DNA from: Nitrospirota bacterium
GTDB taxonomy: Bacteria; Nitrospirota; UBA9217
Direction of reading: 5' to 3'
Length of the DNA: 64,000 nt
Assembly: GCA_963751455.1 (NCBI GenBank)
Contig: CAVVUN010000002.1
Coordinates: 448,001 to 512,000 of the forward strand
The notes beneath the pieces were generated by a model, which did no database searches, was not told where the DNA came from, and saw nothing but the letters and a program-made list of their open reading frames with translations. Of the stretch, positions 39,717 through 50,631 are shown in pieces (positions within the stretch are counted from its first letter, which is position 1; every line of letters starts with the position of its first letter). Made by a program: the position numbers and the translations under genes.

Positions 39717-40592
39717 TTATTCCCTTTGCCTCGGGTCCAGAGCATCACGAATGCCTTCGCCGAGCAGGTTGTAACCGAGTACGGTGAGCAGGATGGCGAG
39801 CCCCGGAAAAGCAGAAAGCCACCATGCAATCTCAATATTGTCCTTCCCCGATGAAAGAAGACTCCCCCAACTGGGCGTGGGCGGCTGAACGCCGAGACCA
39901 AGGAAGCTCAACGCAGATTCAACCAGGATTGCGGCGCCGATGCCCATTGTGGCTGAAACGAGAATCGGCGACAGGCCGTTCGGCAAGATATGGCGGAGCA
40001 TGATCCGGTTGTCCGGAGCGCCTATGGCGCGTGCCGCCAGAACGAACTCGCGTTCCTTGATAGAAATGAATTCGGCGCGAATGAGGCGTGCCGGTTCCAT
40101 CCAGCTTGTAAGACCGATCACGATCATAATATTGATGATGTTCGGTTCGAGGATTGCGATCACGGCCAGGACGAGGAAGATCGTCGGTATGCTTAACATA
40201 ATGTCGACGCTTCGCATGATGATGCTGTCGACCCAGCTGCCGTAGTAACCGGCCAGTGAGCCCAGCAGAACGCCGATGATTGTGGCAATACCGACTGCGA
40301 CAAACCCGACCTTGAGGGAGACCCTGCCTCCCCACAGCATGCGTGAAAGGACGTCTCGTCCGAGGTCATCTGTGCCGAGCGGGTGGGAGAAACTGGGACC
40401 GACCAGGATGTTGCTGATATCGATCGTGGAGGGGTTATGGGGCGCTATAAAGGGCGCAAAAATGGACAGAATGAAAACGAGCAACACCAGGATGCCGCCC
40501 AGCATTGCCAAGCGGTTCTTAATAAGATAATGAAAGGTCTGGTATGTGAAGGATTCGCTGCTTTTTTTTCCTGATTTATCCTGCATACCCAT
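39717..40592 (-). CDS. Peptide ABC transporter permease (OppC/DppC-like)
   Basis: HPLGTDDLGRD, EFVLAARAIGA, LSFLGLGVQPP. Confidence 0.93.
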   Translation of the reverse strand: MGMQDKSGKKSSESFTYQTFHYLIKNRLAMLGGILVLLVFILSIFAPFIAPHNPSTIDISNILVGPSFSHPLGTDDLGRDVLSRMLWGGRVSLKVGFVAVGIATIIGVLLGSLAGYYGSWVDSIIMRSVDIMLSIPTIFLVLAVIAILEPNIINIMIVIGLTSWMEPARLIRAEFISIKEREFVLAARAIGAPDNRIMLRHILPNGLSPILVSATMGIGAAILVESALSFLGLGVQPPTPSWGSLLSSGKDNIEIAWWLSAFPGLAILLTVLGYNLLGEGIRDALDPRQRE

Positions 40593-40601
40593 TTCCCGAA
40601 T

Positions 40602-41573
40602 TTATTTAAGCCTGACCCTGGGGTCCGTCAAGGCATACGCGATATCGGCTAGGAAGTTGCCCAGCATGGTAAGAAATGCTGCGGGCACAAGGATTCCCAT
40701 GGCCAGGTTATAGTCGCGCGAGAAGACCGCCTGGAACATCAACTGCCCCATGCCGGGTATGCCGAAAACGGTTTCCATTATCACGCTGCCGCCGATTACG
40801 CCGGGAAGCGACAAGCCCAGGACCGTGATCACCGGCATAAGGGCGTTCCGGAGCGCATGCTTGTAGACAACCGTCCTTTCCGGCAGACCTTTTGCTCTCG
40901 CTGTCCGGATGTAGTCCTGCCTCAGCACTTCCAGCATATTGTTCCTGACATACCGGGAATACCCGGCGAGGCCTCCGAAGGCCGAGACGAAGACGGGAAG
41001 GATTAGATGCTTGGTCCAATCCGATATTCTTCCCCAGAATGTGAGCCCGGTCGTATCAAGGCTTTGAATCCCGGATATCGGAAGAATGCCCCACTGCACC
41101 CCCAGCGCGTAGATGAGAAGGAGCGCCAGCCAGAATGAAGGGGTGGAAAAACCTATGAAGACGAATATCGTGGTGAACCGGTCGATCAGGGAGTATTGCC
41201 TGGTTGCGGACATAATGCCTATGGGAATGGAGATCAGGAGCACAAGCCCGAGCGAGAGGATATTAATCGTGAGCGTGATCGGGAGCCGTTCGAGTATCTT
41301 GTCCTTGACCTCACGGCCGTCCGCAAATGCAGTCCCGAAATCGAGCGTTACAAACTTCGTGAGCCAGGTGCCGTACTGTTTATAAAACGGCTGATCGGCG
41401 CCGTAGAGCTTGCGCAGCCGCTCACGGGCTTCTGCCGATGCCCGGGACGAGAATTCCATCTGCGCCTCAGCGGGACCTCCCGGAGCAAGACGCATAACAC
41501 CGAAGCTGAGGACGGTTATGCCGAAGAGAATCGGTATCATCAAAAGGGAACGTTTTATAATGTAGATCAACAT
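40602..41573 (-). CDS. Peptide ABC transporter permease (OppB/DppB-like)
   Basis: [33 protein letters not shown]. Confidence 0.93.
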   Translation of the reverse strand: MLIYIIKRSLLMIPILFGITVLSFGVMRLAPGGPAEAQMEFSSRASAEARERLRKLYGADQPFYKQYGTWLTKFVTLDFGTAFADGREVKDKILERLPITLTINILSLGLVLLISIPIGIMSATRQYSLIDRFTTIFVFIGFSTPSFWLALLLIYALGVQWGILPISGIQSLDTTGLTFWGRISDWTKHLILPVFVSAFGGLAGYSRYVRNNMLEVLRQDYIRTARAKGLPERTVVYKHALRNALMPVITVLGLSLPGVIGGSVIMETVFGIPGMGQLMFQAVFSRDYNLAMGILVPAAFLTMLGNFLADIAYALTDPRVRLK

Positions 41574-41587
41574 GAGGTTGGTGCTTT

Positions 41588-41700
41588 ACCCCGTTAGAGA
41601 AAGCCGCCGACGGGTCTGCGGTTGGTGTCTTTGCATTTACGGATTGTGGCCTGAAGCCCATAATCTGTCATCCGTTAGAGAACTTGTTCTCTAACGGGGT
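41588..41700. mobile_element. MITE-like element, TIR ACCCCGTTAGAGA/TCTCTAACGGGGT
   Basis: Perfect 13-bp terminal inverted repeats plus an internal CCGTTAGAGA copy. Confidence 0.7.
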
Positions 41701-41955
41701 TTATCCGGAGACCTTGTAAACAAGATCGAAGGGTTTTACGGGCTGTGAAAGCCTTATGCCGGTGAATTGGCCGCGAAGGGCCTTTTGTACCGGCTGATGG
41801 TCGAACTCCATTATTTCGATCTTCTGGGTAAAGTCGGTGTTGTTTCCCTTGACGTGAACTGTATCGCCGACTGAGAGGTCGCCGAAATCGAGCTTGACGG
41901 CGGCAATCGAGGTTTTGTCGAAGAACTTAATCACGGAACCGATCCGCTCTTCCAT
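41701..41955 (-). CDS. Small beta-barrel protein (U32 peptidase C-terminal / elongation-factor-like)
   Basis: MEERIGSVIKFFDKTSIAAVKL..LSVGDTVHVKG..DFTQKI..DLVYKV. Confidence 0.7.
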   Translation of the reverse strand: MEERIGSVIKFFDKTSIAAVKLDFGDLSVGDTVHVKGNNTDFTQKIEIMEFDHQPVQKALRGQFTGIRLSQPVKPFDLVYKVSG

Positions 41956-42184
41956 GAGGTAATGATAGTATAAAATAAAGGTTATTTCAAGCGTAAAGCA
42001 CGCCTGCAATTGGACAGACTATGATAGAACAGTTACGAAAAAAACACGATAAAAACCATATTTCTCGGACTATACCGCGCTATCCCCAAAAGCATTGTTA
42101 TCTTATGCGGAAAAGTCCGAGCGATGAAGGTTGTCTAAAAACGCGTTTCGCAGAGGAAAGCGCTGATCTGCTGTCTTTCCAGGC

Positions 42185-42213
42185 TTGACAATGCATCGGA
42201 GTCTGCGTATTAT
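42185..42213 (+). promoter_or_regulatory. Sigma70 promoter of tRNA-Pro/tRNA-Arg
   Basis: TTGACA-17 nt-TATTAT. Confidence 0.75.
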
Positions 42214-42235
42214 ACGGGCTGTTTCAGAAGTTCCT

Positions 42236-42312
42236 CGGGGCGTGGCGCAGCCCGGTAGCGCGTCTGCTTTGGGAGCAGAAAGCCGGAGGTTCAAATCCTC
42301 TCGCCCCGACCA
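42236..42312 (+). tRNA. tRNA-Pro(TGG)
   Basis: Cloverleaf CGGGGCG/CGCCCCG, loop TTTGGGA, GGTTCAAATCC, CCA. Confidence 0.96.
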
Positions 42313-42321
42313 ATTCAAAAA

Positions 42322-42400
42322 ATTGCGGATTGCAGAATGCGGATTGAGAAAAGTCTCGCAAAGAATTTAATTCGAAATCCGCAATTCGAAATCCGAAATG
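42322..42400. repeat. 7-bp-periodic inverted tandem repeat (ATTGCGG/CCGCAAT)
   Basis: ATTGCGGATTGCAGAATGCGGATT...AATTCGAAATCCGCAATTCGAAATCCGAAAT. Confidence 0.7.
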
Positions 42401-42404
42401 AAAT

Positions 42405-42481
42405 GCGCCTGTAGCTCAGGTGGATAGAGCAACAGCCTTCTAAGCTGTGGGTCAGGGGTTCGAATCCCTTCAGGCGCGCCA
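42405..42481 (+). tRNA. tRNA-Arg(TCT)
   Basis: GCGCCTG/CAGGCGC, loop CTTCTAA, CCA. Confidence 0.96.
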
Positions 42482-42633
42482 ATAAAATAAATTACCCGAT
42501 TGTCGCTTTAATGATAAAAAGCGCTCGGTGAAGAACCACTGACCCAAGGGGTTTCAGGGGAATTATTTCCCCTGATGTTCGGGGGAGAAACCAGAGGGGG
42601 CTGGCCCCCTCTGGGGAGCCCTTTACGGGCGAC

Positions 42634-42666
42634 GGGTCAGCGGGTTCGAATCCCTTCAGGCCGCCA
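42634..42666 (+). repeat. Degenerate duplicate of the tRNA-Arg(TCT) 3' end
   Basis: GGGTCAGCGGGTTCGAATCCCTTCAGGCCGCCA vs GGGTCAGGGGTTCGAATCCCTTCAGGCGCGCCA. Confidence 0.75.
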
Positions 42667-42709
42667 ATTGATTGCAGATTATAGCTTGTTCAATTCCGGT
42701 TGGAAGTTG

Positions 42710-42738
42710 TTGACAAATAACAAGCATCATAATACAAT
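42710..42738 (+). promoter_or_regulatory. Sigma70 promoter of tRNA-His/Arg/Arg
   Basis: TTGACA-17 nt-TACAAT. Confidence 0.75.
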
Positions 42739-42768
42739 GCGTTGTTTCAACCAAGCTTAATTAAACAT

Positions 42769-42845
42769 GGTGGGCGTAGCTCAGTTGGTAGAGCTCCAGG
42801 TTGTGGCCCTGGTGGCCGCGGGTTCAAGCCCCGTCGCTCACCCCA
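42769..42845 (+). tRNA. tRNA-His(GTG)
   Basis: G-1 plus GTGGGCG/CGCTCAC, loop TTGTGGC, C discriminator, CCA. Confidence 0.96.
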
Positions 42846-42904
42846 ATTTTTTTACCATAGAGACGGTCGAAGCCGACCGTCTCTACAAGTTTTCAGAGTG
42901 ACCA

Positions 42905-42981
<77 letters not shown>

Positions 42982-43085
42982 GAATACCGTAAAATAAAAG
43001 CAGGGGACGAAGGATGAGGGACGCAAAATCGTCCATCGTCTCAGCGAAGTGAGCGGTCGTCCCTTATATATCAACGTTCTTTAAC

Positions 43086-43162
43086 GCGCCCGTAGCTCAG
43101 CTGGATAGAGTGTCGGCCTCCGAAGCCGAAGGTCGTGGGTTCGACTCCCGCCGGGCGCACCA
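43086..43162 (+). tRNA. tRNA-Arg(CCG)
   Basis: GCGCCCG/CGGGCGC, loop CTCCGAA, CCA. Confidence 0.96.
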
Positions 43163-43405
43163 ATATAATAGCTGACAATTGACAAACCGGTTACCGATAG
43201 AGTAAAAGGTTGCGGCAAGAAGCCACGACTGAAGCCCAATTTAGCAGCTCTCGCGTATCAACAAATCCCATATTCTTATTTTCCGACAAAATATTTTCTT
43301 CCAGAACCACAATAATACGATAAATTGCATTTTGATTTTTTTATAACACTATAGTACAATATATCGCAGGTTTAGTCGACTCTACCTTAGGTATGAGGTG
43401 TCGCC

Positions 43406-44329
43406 ATGAAATCTGTGAGTATTGTCATCTGCACCTATAACCGTGCTGCTGTTCTTGCAGATACACTTGAAACGCTCACATCATCAGTGCTTGGATATCA
43501 AGGACCGCTTGAAATACTCGTCGTGAATAATGCTTCAACAGATTCCACGAAAGAAGTTGCAACAAATTTTATTCGAAAACACCCACTATTGAACATTAAT
43601 CTAGTTTATGAAAAACAACCCGGCTTGTCTTTTGCCAGAAACGCCGGACTTATTCATGCACGGGGAGATATTATCTGCTTTATTGACGATGATGTCCTTG
43701 TGCCGGCGGGGTGGCTTCAAGGTCTGCTTCAGGCGTTTAAATTAGGTGACCGCATCGGTTGCGTTGCCGGGAGGATCACGCTGCGTTGGCCGGAGCTTCC
43801 AATCCCAAAATGGCTTGATAATAAATACTGCGGCGTGCTCAGCGAATTCAATTGCGGGGAAAAGTCATTTGTGCTGGACCGTGGAGGAGTTTTTATAGGC
43901 GCCAATTTCGCTATCACCCGGGAGGCTGCCTCCACAGTAGGTGTTTTCAAACCTGAACTGGGAAGAAAAGGCAATATCCTTTTGAGCGGAGAGGATACCA
44001 ACTACTCACAGCGGCTTTGGGAGCATGGCTTCTCCACGGCTTATTCCGCGGAAGGGCACCTCTATCACCGGGTTCTTCCAGAACAGCTGACGTATTCGTG
44101 GTTCTGCAGACGGTATTTTTGGGCCGGCGTTACGACGCATGTTTTGCGCCAGAAATGGTATTACCCTCTTTCAGGGGTCTGCAGGGTTGTGACCTGTTCT
44201 CTTTTGTTTCTTGCAGGAGTGATCTTCATGAACCAACGACGGATAGTCAGGTCCACATTCCGAATCATTAACACTGCCGGCGCTTTTTATGGCTGGTACG
44301 TCCGGACTGCAAAAAACTCAGTCAATTAA
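43406..44329 (+). CDS. Glycosyltransferase family 2
   Basis: SIVICTYNR, VVNNASTD, GLSFARN, FIDDD, GED. Confidence 0.92.
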   Translation: MKSVSIVICTYNRAAVLADTLETLTSSVLGYQGPLEILVVNNASTDSTKEVATNFIRKHPLLNINLVYEKQPGLSFARNAGLIHARGDIICFIDDDVLVPAGWLQGLLQAFKLGDRIGCVAGRITLRWPELPIPKWLDNKYCGVLSEFNCGEKSFVLDRGGVFIGANFAITREAASTVGVFKPELGRKGNILLSGEDTNYSQRLWEHGFSTAYSAEGHLYHRVLPEQLTYSWFCRRYFWAGVTTHVLRQKWYYPLSGVCRVVTCSLLFLAGVIFMNQRRIVRSTFRIINTAGAFYGWYVRTAKNSVN

Positions 44330-44338
44330 ACATTTTAG

Positions 44339-44367
44339 TTGCATCCGGCCCTAAAGATTTGTATAAT
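44339..44367 (+). promoter_or_regulatory. Sigma70 promoter of tRNA-Lys/tRNA-Leu/tig
   Basis: TTGCAT-17 nt-TATAAT. Confidence 0.7.
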
Positions 44368-44395
44368 GTGCGGGTTTTGGATCATGCATCCGTTC

Positions 44396-44471
<76 letters not shown>

Positions 44472-44636
44472 TAAAAAAACTCAGGGAGCAGTGAGCAGCA
44501 GCAGCGATTCAAACAGCTGCTATCCGTTCACTGCTCTCTTTGTTGAAGCGTACCCCTCAGGAGCGAGATACGGAGTCCGATTCTTAAGGTGAGTACATAA
44601 CGTATTCGCTCGCTATGCTCCTTCAGAATTTATAAA

Positions 44637-44719
44637 GCGAGAGTGGCGGAACTGGCAGACGCGCCAGACTTAGGATCTGGTGGGCGACCATGGGGGTTCA
44701 AGTCCCCCCTCTCGCACCA
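44637..44719 (+). tRNA. tRNA-Leu(TAG)
   Basis: GCGAGAG/CTCTCGC, loop CTTAGGA, extra arm, CCA; upstream of tig. Confidence 0.95.
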
Positions 44720-44820
44720 ATGATTCCGCTCGCACAGCAGCCGGATCGCCGGGAAGAGCACTGCTTCATCAACTTTTCATACAATCAGGATTTCAATTCT
44801 CACTCAAAGGTGGTATTTAC

Positions 44821-46110
44821 ATGAAAGCCGAAGTAGAAGACATAAGCCCCGTGAAAAAGAAACTGCACATTCAGGTGACGCCTGATGCGATCGCGCAGCA
44901 GATGGGAAAAGCTGTTGCCGATGTGGCGAAGAAGGCGAAGATTCCGGGTTTCCGTCCCGGCAAGGCGCCGAAGGCCGTGGTAGAGAGGCATTATGCGGCC
45001 GAGATCGAGTCAGAGGTCATCAACAAGGTGATTACCACATCCTACCTCCAGGCCCTTCAAGAACACGAATTGAGCCCGGTGGAGCTGCCGAATATCACGG
45101 ACATTTCACCCTTCGATAAGAGCGCGCCCCTTAAGTTCACTGCAGTCGTGGAAGTGCGTCCGAAGATCGATCTGGGTCAATATGAAGGCATCGAAGTGAA
45201 GGATGAGACCATCGAGGTGAGCGACGGAGAACTGAATGAGACGATTGACCGTCTCCGCGAGATGTACGCCCAGCTTGAAGTGGTAGAAGGCAGGCCGCTC
45301 GAGAAGAGCGACACTGCAATTATTGATTTTGAAGGGTTCCGGGAGGGCAAACCGATCGAGGGCGCCAAGGCATCCGGTCACATGCTGGCGCTCGGCACGA
45401 ACAGCCTTATTCCGGGGTTCGAGGAGCAGCTCGTCGGAATGAACCCTGGCGAAACCCGCGAGATCAAGGTCAACTTTCCTGCTGATTATACCAACAAGGA
45501 ACTGGCCGGTAAGGATGCCTCCTTCACGGTTACGCTGAAGGAGATCAAGAAAAAGGTGCTTCCCGAGCTGAACGACGAGTTTGCGAAAGACATCGGGGGA
45601 GACAAATCCGCAGAAGAACTGAAAGAGGGGATTAAAAAGGACATCGAGGCCCGGAAACGCGACGAACTTGCCTCAGAGCAGCGTGAAGAGATACTCACAA
45701 AGCTCGTAGATGCCCATTCCTTCGATGTCCCGCCGGGAATGGTTGAGCGCGAGCTCCAATCAATGGCCAGGCAACAGGCTACCCGCATGGCCAGGAGCGG
45801 GGCGGACGTTAAAAACTTCGATATCTCCGCATTCAGGGAGAAAAACCAGGCACTCGCTGAAAAGCGGGTCAAAGGCCTCCTGCTTCTCGACGTCATTGCA
45901 GAGAAGGAAAAAGTGGAAGTGAGCGACCAGGAATTGAACTCAGCCCTGGCCGTGATGGCGAGAAGGTCGAGCCAGACGGTTGATGCAGTAAAGAAATATT
46001 ACGATTCCCAGGAGGGCGGCCTCGATAACCTGAGAAACTCGCTCGTTCAGGAAAAGACGCTCAGTCTCTTGCTTTCCCGGTCGAAGAAGAGTTATAATAA
46101 AGCGGTTTAA
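44821..46110 (+). CDS. tig: Trigger factor
   Basis: IPGFRPGKAP, FKBP domain LIPGFEEQLVG; start at ATG 44821. Confidence 0.96.
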   Translation: MKAEVEDISPVKKKLHIQVTPDAIAQQMGKAVADVAKKAKIPGFRPGKAPKAVVERHYAAEIESEVINKVITTSYLQALQEHELSPVELPNITDISPFDKSAPLKFTAVVEVRPKIDLGQYEGIEVKDETIEVSDGELNETIDRLREMYAQLEVVEGRPLEKSDTAIIDFEGFREGKPIEGAKASGHMLALGTNSLIPGFEEQLVGMNPGETREIKVNFPADYTNKELAGKDASFTVTLKEIKKKVLPELNDEFAKDIGGDKSAEELKEGIKKDIEARKRDELASEQREEILTKLVDAHSFDVPPGMVERELQSMARQQATRMARSGADVKNFDISAFREKNQALAEKRVKGLLLLDVIAEKEKVEVSDQELNSALAVMARRSSQTVDAVKKYYDSQEGGLDNLRNSLVQEKTLSLLLSRSKKSYNKAV

Positions 46111-46199
46111 GATATATACTTCGTGGGCCGCCTTCAGGGAAGGAAGGTTTTTCCTTTCATTGAAAACGGGAATGGCCCGTTCTACAAGGAGATTTTTAC

Positions 46200-46808
46200 A
46201 TGTCATTGATTCCGATGGTTATAGAACAGACAAGCCGGGGCGAGAGGGCGTATGATATTTATTCCCGCCTTCTTAAGGACAGGATTATTTTTCTCGGCAC
46301 GCCCATCGACGATAACGTAGCAAATACTATTATCGCCCAGCTTCTGTTCCTGGAGGCCGATGATCCCGACAAGGACATATACCTCTACATCAATTCGCCG
46401 GGCGGAGTGGTTACGGCAGGGCTGGCCATCTACGATACCATGAACTACATCAAGTCGCCGGTGTCTACGATCTGCATAGGGCAGGCAGCCAGCATGGGAG
46501 CTTTGCTTCTTTCGACAGGAACAAAAGGAAAAAGATTTTCGCTGCCGAATGCCCGTATCATGATCCATCAACCGATGGGCGGGTTCCAGGGACAGGCTAC
46601 CGACATAGAGATCCATGCCAAGGAAATACTGAAGATGAAGGAAACTTTGAACCGAATCATGGCGACTCATACGGGACAGCCGATCGAAAAAATACAGACG
46701 GATACCGACCGGGATTTTTTCATGTCGGGCGATGATGCAAAATCATACGGTCTCGTCGACGAAGTGATATCGAAGAAAGCGCCTCGTGGTGTTATAAAGG
46801 AGAAGTAG
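46200..46808 (+). CDS. clpP: ATP-dependent Clp protease proteolytic subunit
   Basis: [28 protein letters not shown]. Confidence 0.98.
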   Translation: MSLIPMVIEQTSRGERAYDIYSRLLKDRIIFLGTPIDDNVANTIIAQLLFLEADDPDKDIYLYINSPGGVVTAGLAIYDTMNYIKSPVSTICIGQAASMGALLLSTGTKGKRFSLPNARIMIHQPMGGFQGQATDIEIHAKEILKMKETLNRIMATHTGQPIEKIQTDTDRDFFMSGDDAKSYGLVDEVISKKAPRGVIKEK

Positions 46809-46811
46809 GGT

Positions 46812-48059
46812 ATGACCGAAAAAGAAAAAAAAGAACATGTGACACCGCTCAAGTGTTCTTTCTGCGGCAAGGGGCAGGAGGAAGTAAAGAAATTGATAGC
46901 CGGCCCATCCGTTTTCATCTGCAACGAATGCGTCGATCTCTGCAATGAGATCATCGCGGAAGAATGGGAAGAGGCAAAAGAGGCCAAGCTTCCCCGTCTT
47001 CCGAAACCCGCCGAGATCAAACGGACTCTTGATGAGTACGTCATCGGCCAGGAGCGCGCCAAGAAGATACTGTCAGTAGCCGTTCATAACCATTACAAAA
47101 GGATCGGCATACAGCAGGAAATCGGGGACGAGGTGGAGCTTCAGAAAAGCAACATCCTGCTTATCGGGCCGACCGGAGTTGGCAAGACCCTTCTGGCGCA
47201 GACTTTGGCCCGGATTCTGGATGTGCCCTTCACCATAGCCGACGCGACCACTCTTACAGAGGCGGGATACGTAGGCGAGGATGTGGAGAACATCATCCTG
47301 AAGCTCCTGCAGAACGCGAATTACGACGTCGAGCGCGCCCAGCGGGGCATTGTATATATCGACGAGATCGATAAAATCAGCCGGAAATCGGAAAATCCCT
47401 CCATCACCCGGGATGTGTCTGGTGAAGGCGTGCAGCAGGCCCTTCTCAAGCTGATCGAGGGCACTGTTGCGAGCGTGCCTCCGCAGGGCGGCCGCAAACA
47501 TCCGCACCAGGAGTTCATCCAGGTGGATACCAAGAACATCCTGTTCATCTGCGGCGGCGCCTTTGTCGGCCTCGATACCATCATTGAGCAGAGGATAGGC
47601 CAGAAGGCCATGGGCTTTGGCGCCAACATCCAGAGCAAAAAAGAACGAAAGCTGAGCGAAACTCTTGCCAGCCTCCAGCCGCAGGATCTTTTGAAGTACG
47701 GCCTTATCCCGGAATTCATTGGGCGCATGCCGGTTGCGGCAACGCTCGAGGAGTTGGACGAGCATGCCCTTATCGATATTCTGACCCGTCCCAAAAACGC
47801 TCTCATCAAGCAATACCAGAAACTGCTGTCGCTTGAGGGCTGCAAACTCAGGTTCAGCGAGGGCGCGCTTGTAGCGGTATCGAAGAAAGCGATTACCCGG
47901 AAAACAGGGGCACGCGGCCTCCGCGCCATTCTTGAGGATGTGATGCTGAACGTCATGTACGATATTCCGTCCGAGCCCGGCATCAGGGAGTGCATCATCA
48001 ACGAGGAGGTCATCAACGAGGGGGCTGAACCGCTGCTGATTTATGAAAAAATAGCATAG
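46812..48059 (+). CDS. clpX: ATP-dependent Clp protease ATP-binding subunit
   Basis: CSFCGK..CNEC zinc domain, [24 protein letters not shown]. Confidence 0.98.
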   Translation: MTEKEKKEHVTPLKCSFCGKGQEEVKKLIAGPSVFICNECVDLCNEIIAEEWEEAKEAKLPRLPKPAEIKRTLDEYVIGQERAKKILSVAVHNHYKRIGIQQEIGDEVELQKSNILLIGPTGVGKTLLAQTLARILDVPFTIADATTLTEAGYVGEDVENIILKLLQNANYDVERAQRGIVYIDEIDKISRKSENPSITRDVSGEGVQQALLKLIEGTVASVPPQGGRKHPHQEFIQVDTKNILFICGGAFVGLDTIIEQRIGQKAMGFGANIQSKKERKLSETLASLQPQDLLKYGLIPEFIGRMPVAATLEELDEHALIDILTRPKNALIKQYQKLLSLEGCKLRFSEGALVAVSKKAITRKTGARGLRAILEDVMLNVMYDIPSEPGIRECIINEEVINEGAEPLLIYEKIA

Positions 48060-48153
48060 GACGCACATACCGGAGGACAGTCGAAAATGACTGTCCTCTG
48101 GACTTTTGAGAGTTTCCGTCTTCCGCTTCCGTTGTCTTGCATGATCGGGATCT

Positions 48154-48741
48154 ATGAAAATACTGTCAGCAGAATTTGTCATAAGCGCGGCCGACCGGAA
48201 ACAGTTTCCCGCAGATAAAAGACCACAAATTGCTTTTGCCGGCCGTTCCAATGTCGGCAAGTCCTCCATTATCAATACCCTGCTTCACCGCAAAAGCCTC
48301 GTGAAAACGAGCACTACACCGGGTAAGACGCAGCTTATCAACTTTTTTATCATTAACGATACTTTTTTTTTCGTTGACCTGCCGGGATACGGGTATGCCC
48401 GTGTTCCCCGCTCGGTGACCGATGCCTGGGCGCCGATGATAGAAGGGTACCTGAAAGGCAGCGCCGGTCTCCGCGCGGTCGTCCTGCTTCTGGACGCACG
48501 ACGCGAGCCGGACGAGCGCGATTTTCTGCTTATCGACTGGCTCCGGCAGTATGAGATTCCCACAATTTATGCTCTCACCAAGTCGGACAAGATAACGCGT
48601 CAGGAAGCAGTACGCTCGCAGCGGGATGTCCATGCCCGTCTCGGAACCACGGAACAGCCTTTGCTCACGTCTGCAAAAAACGGGCAGGGAATCAGCGAAC
48701 TATGGGCTGAAATCAACAATCATCTGCGCAAACCCCGTTAG
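48154..48741 (+). CDS. engB: Ribosome biogenesis GTPase YihA/EngB
   Basis: GRSNVGKSS, PGKTQ, DLPGYG, TKSD. Confidence 0.95.
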   Translation: MKILSAEFVISAADRKQFPADKRPQIAFAGRSNVGKSSIINTLLHRKSLVKTSTTPGKTQLINFFIINDTFFFVDLPGYGYARVPRSVTDAWAPMIEGYLKGSAGLRAVVLLLDARREPDERDFLLIDWLRQYEIPTIYALTKSDKITRQEAVRSQRDVHARLGTTEQPLLTSAKNGQGISELWAEINNHLRKPR

Positions 48742-48820
48742 ATACGTTCTCTCATGATTCTCAGCTGAGTAGCGTTCAACGCCTGAAGACTAAATATCAA
48801 CCGGCCCACAGGAGTGCATC

Positions 48821-50353
48821 ATGCCGATTGCTTTTATAAAAGATCTGACCGGTTCACTGTTCTGGGCCGCGACGTTCAGTGTTTTTATTTATATCATCGC
48901 AACCATTGCGATCGGATTTTTGGCGAAAAAATCTACGTTATTAAAACCGGTCGGCTCAGGCCTGAATCTGATCTTTCTTTTCATCGCCGTGCAGCTTTTT
49001 CTCCGCCTCGGTGCGGCGGAATACCATCCCCGGGTTTCACGGCAGCTCGATTTTTTCTCATGGCTGATCTTTACCTTTGCAGTGCTTCGCCTGGCCGTAT
49101 ACCTCTACGGCGATCTCTACGTGGTCAGGTGGAAACGCGGCAGTTTCCCTGCAGCTTTTAAAAATATAATCGTGGTTTCAGTATTGGTCGTGATTGCCCT
49201 GGTCCTGCTCAAGGAAATACTGAACATCAACGTTACCTCTCTTATTGCGACCACCACCGTATTGACCGCCACTATCGGCCTGGCCTTTCAAGGCACTCTT
49301 GCCAACATCCTTGCCGGTCTTACTATCCACCTCGAGAAGCCGCTTAAGCAGGGCGACTGGATCGCGGCCGGGGGGCATGAAGGCCGGGTCATCGACATAA
49401 CGCTTCGCTCCACGAGGATACTGACAATGGAGCATAACGAAGTTTTTATTCCGAACGGCAAGATTTTGAGTGAAGCGGTCGTAAACTACAGCCTGCCGGA
49501 TACCACGGTGATGCGTGTTTTGTCTATAGGCGTCAGTTATGCAATTCCTCCCAATAAGGTGCGCAGCACGATACTCGATATAATATCATCGGTCCGGGGC
49601 GTGGCCAGGAAACCGGCTCCTGTTGTCAGAGTAAAAAACTACGGCGACTTCGCCATACAGTATGAGATCCGCTATCCCCTGGCCAATTTCGGATCGTATA
49701 TTGATACTGAATCCGAGCTCATGAACCTGCTGTGGTACAGGTTCAAACGGAGCGGAATCGACATTCCCATGCCGATCAGGAGCATAACGGTGCAACAGGT
49801 GACCCCTGAGACCGCGCAGGCCGAGAAGTCGCAACGAATCGATGAAATCGTACGGCTCATGGAAAAAGTGGAAATATTTTCACCACTCAGCAGGGATGAA
49901 CTAACAACGCTGGTCGCCGGTCTGAAGGTGATGTCGTATGCAGCGGGTGAGGTGCCGGTCCGGCAGGGTGCTCCCGGCGATTCGTTCTATATCATAAAGA
50001 GCGGCAAAGTCCATGTGGTGGTTGAGAAATCGTCTGGAGATTCGGCGGTTGTGGCTACACTGGGTCACGGCACCTTTTTCGGGGAAATGAGCCTGTTGAC
50101 AGGGGCGGTTCGGACCGCAAGCATCCACGTGATCGAAGACGCGGAATTCATAGTTATCGATAAAGAAAATTTCCGTTCAACACTCGCCAACAATCCTTCC
50201 ATTGCTGAATCCCTCAGCATCATACTCGCCGAACGGCAGGCAGGCCTGGAGGCCGAACGGGAACGCCTGGACGTGGTCACAATCGAACGCCGAAATAAGG
50301 ACGCAGGCAGGCTCTTGAGCAAGATAAAGGATTTTTTCGGTTTGATCAAATAA
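48821..50353 (+). CDS. MscS-family mechanosensitive channel with C-terminal cNMP-binding domain
   Basis: IGLAFQGTLANILAG, GDWI, IPN; RQGAPGDSFYII..FFGEMSLLTGAVRTAS. Confidence 0.92.
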   Translation: MPIAFIKDLTGSLFWAATFSVFIYIIATIAIGFLAKKSTLLKPVGSGLNLIFLFIAVQLFLRLGAAEYHPRVSRQLDFFSWLIFTFAVLRLAVYLYGDLYVVRWKRGSFPAAFKNIIVVSVLVVIALVLLKEILNINVTSLIATTTVLTATIGLAFQGTLANILAGLTIHLEKPLKQGDWIAAGGHEGRVIDITLRSTRILTMEHNEVFIPNGKILSEAVVNYSLPDTTVMRVLSIGVSYAIPPNKVRSTILDIISSVRGVARKPAPVVRVKNYGDFAIQYEIRYPLANFGSYIDTESELMNLLWYRFKRSGIDIPMPIRSITVQQVTPETAQAEKSQRIDEIVRLMEKVEIFSPLSRDELTTLVAGLKVMSYAAGEVPVRQGAPGDSFYIIKSGKVHVVVEKSSGDSAVVATLGHGTFFGEMSLLTGAVRTASIHVIEDAEFIVIDKENFRSTLANNPSIAESLSIILAERQAGLEAERERLDVVTIERRNKDAGRLLSKIKDFFGLIK

Positions 50354-50601
50354 GTTGAAGCGTCATTTTTCCAACCTAAATAACCTCTGAAATGTTTCTT
50401 TTACCATCTCGCCTTTACTAATTTCTGGTGAAATAACCGATACCGTAGTCATAAAACCAATAATATTTCCAATATGATGCATTAAGTTTAACTAAGTATC
50501 TGTTTTTATTTATTTGATACTTAGGAATACAAATTGCAATATTCAAATTCATATTGTTATTTTAGGCTATTTTTTAAATATTCTAAAATCTAAAATTAGA
50601 A

Positions 50602-50631
50602 TTGACAAGAAGCATGAAACTTTGGTATTCT
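50602..50631 (+). promoter_or_regulatory. Putative sigma70 promoter of cytochrome module 1
   Basis: TTGACA-18 nt-TATTCT with TG extended -10. Confidence 0.45.

Noticed and set aside
44680-44820. N-terminal extension of trigger factor
   Set aside because: Overlaps tRNA-Leu; ATG 44821 gives the normal N terminus
47073-48275. 400-aa minus-strand ORF
   Set aside because: Antisense shadow of clpX/engB
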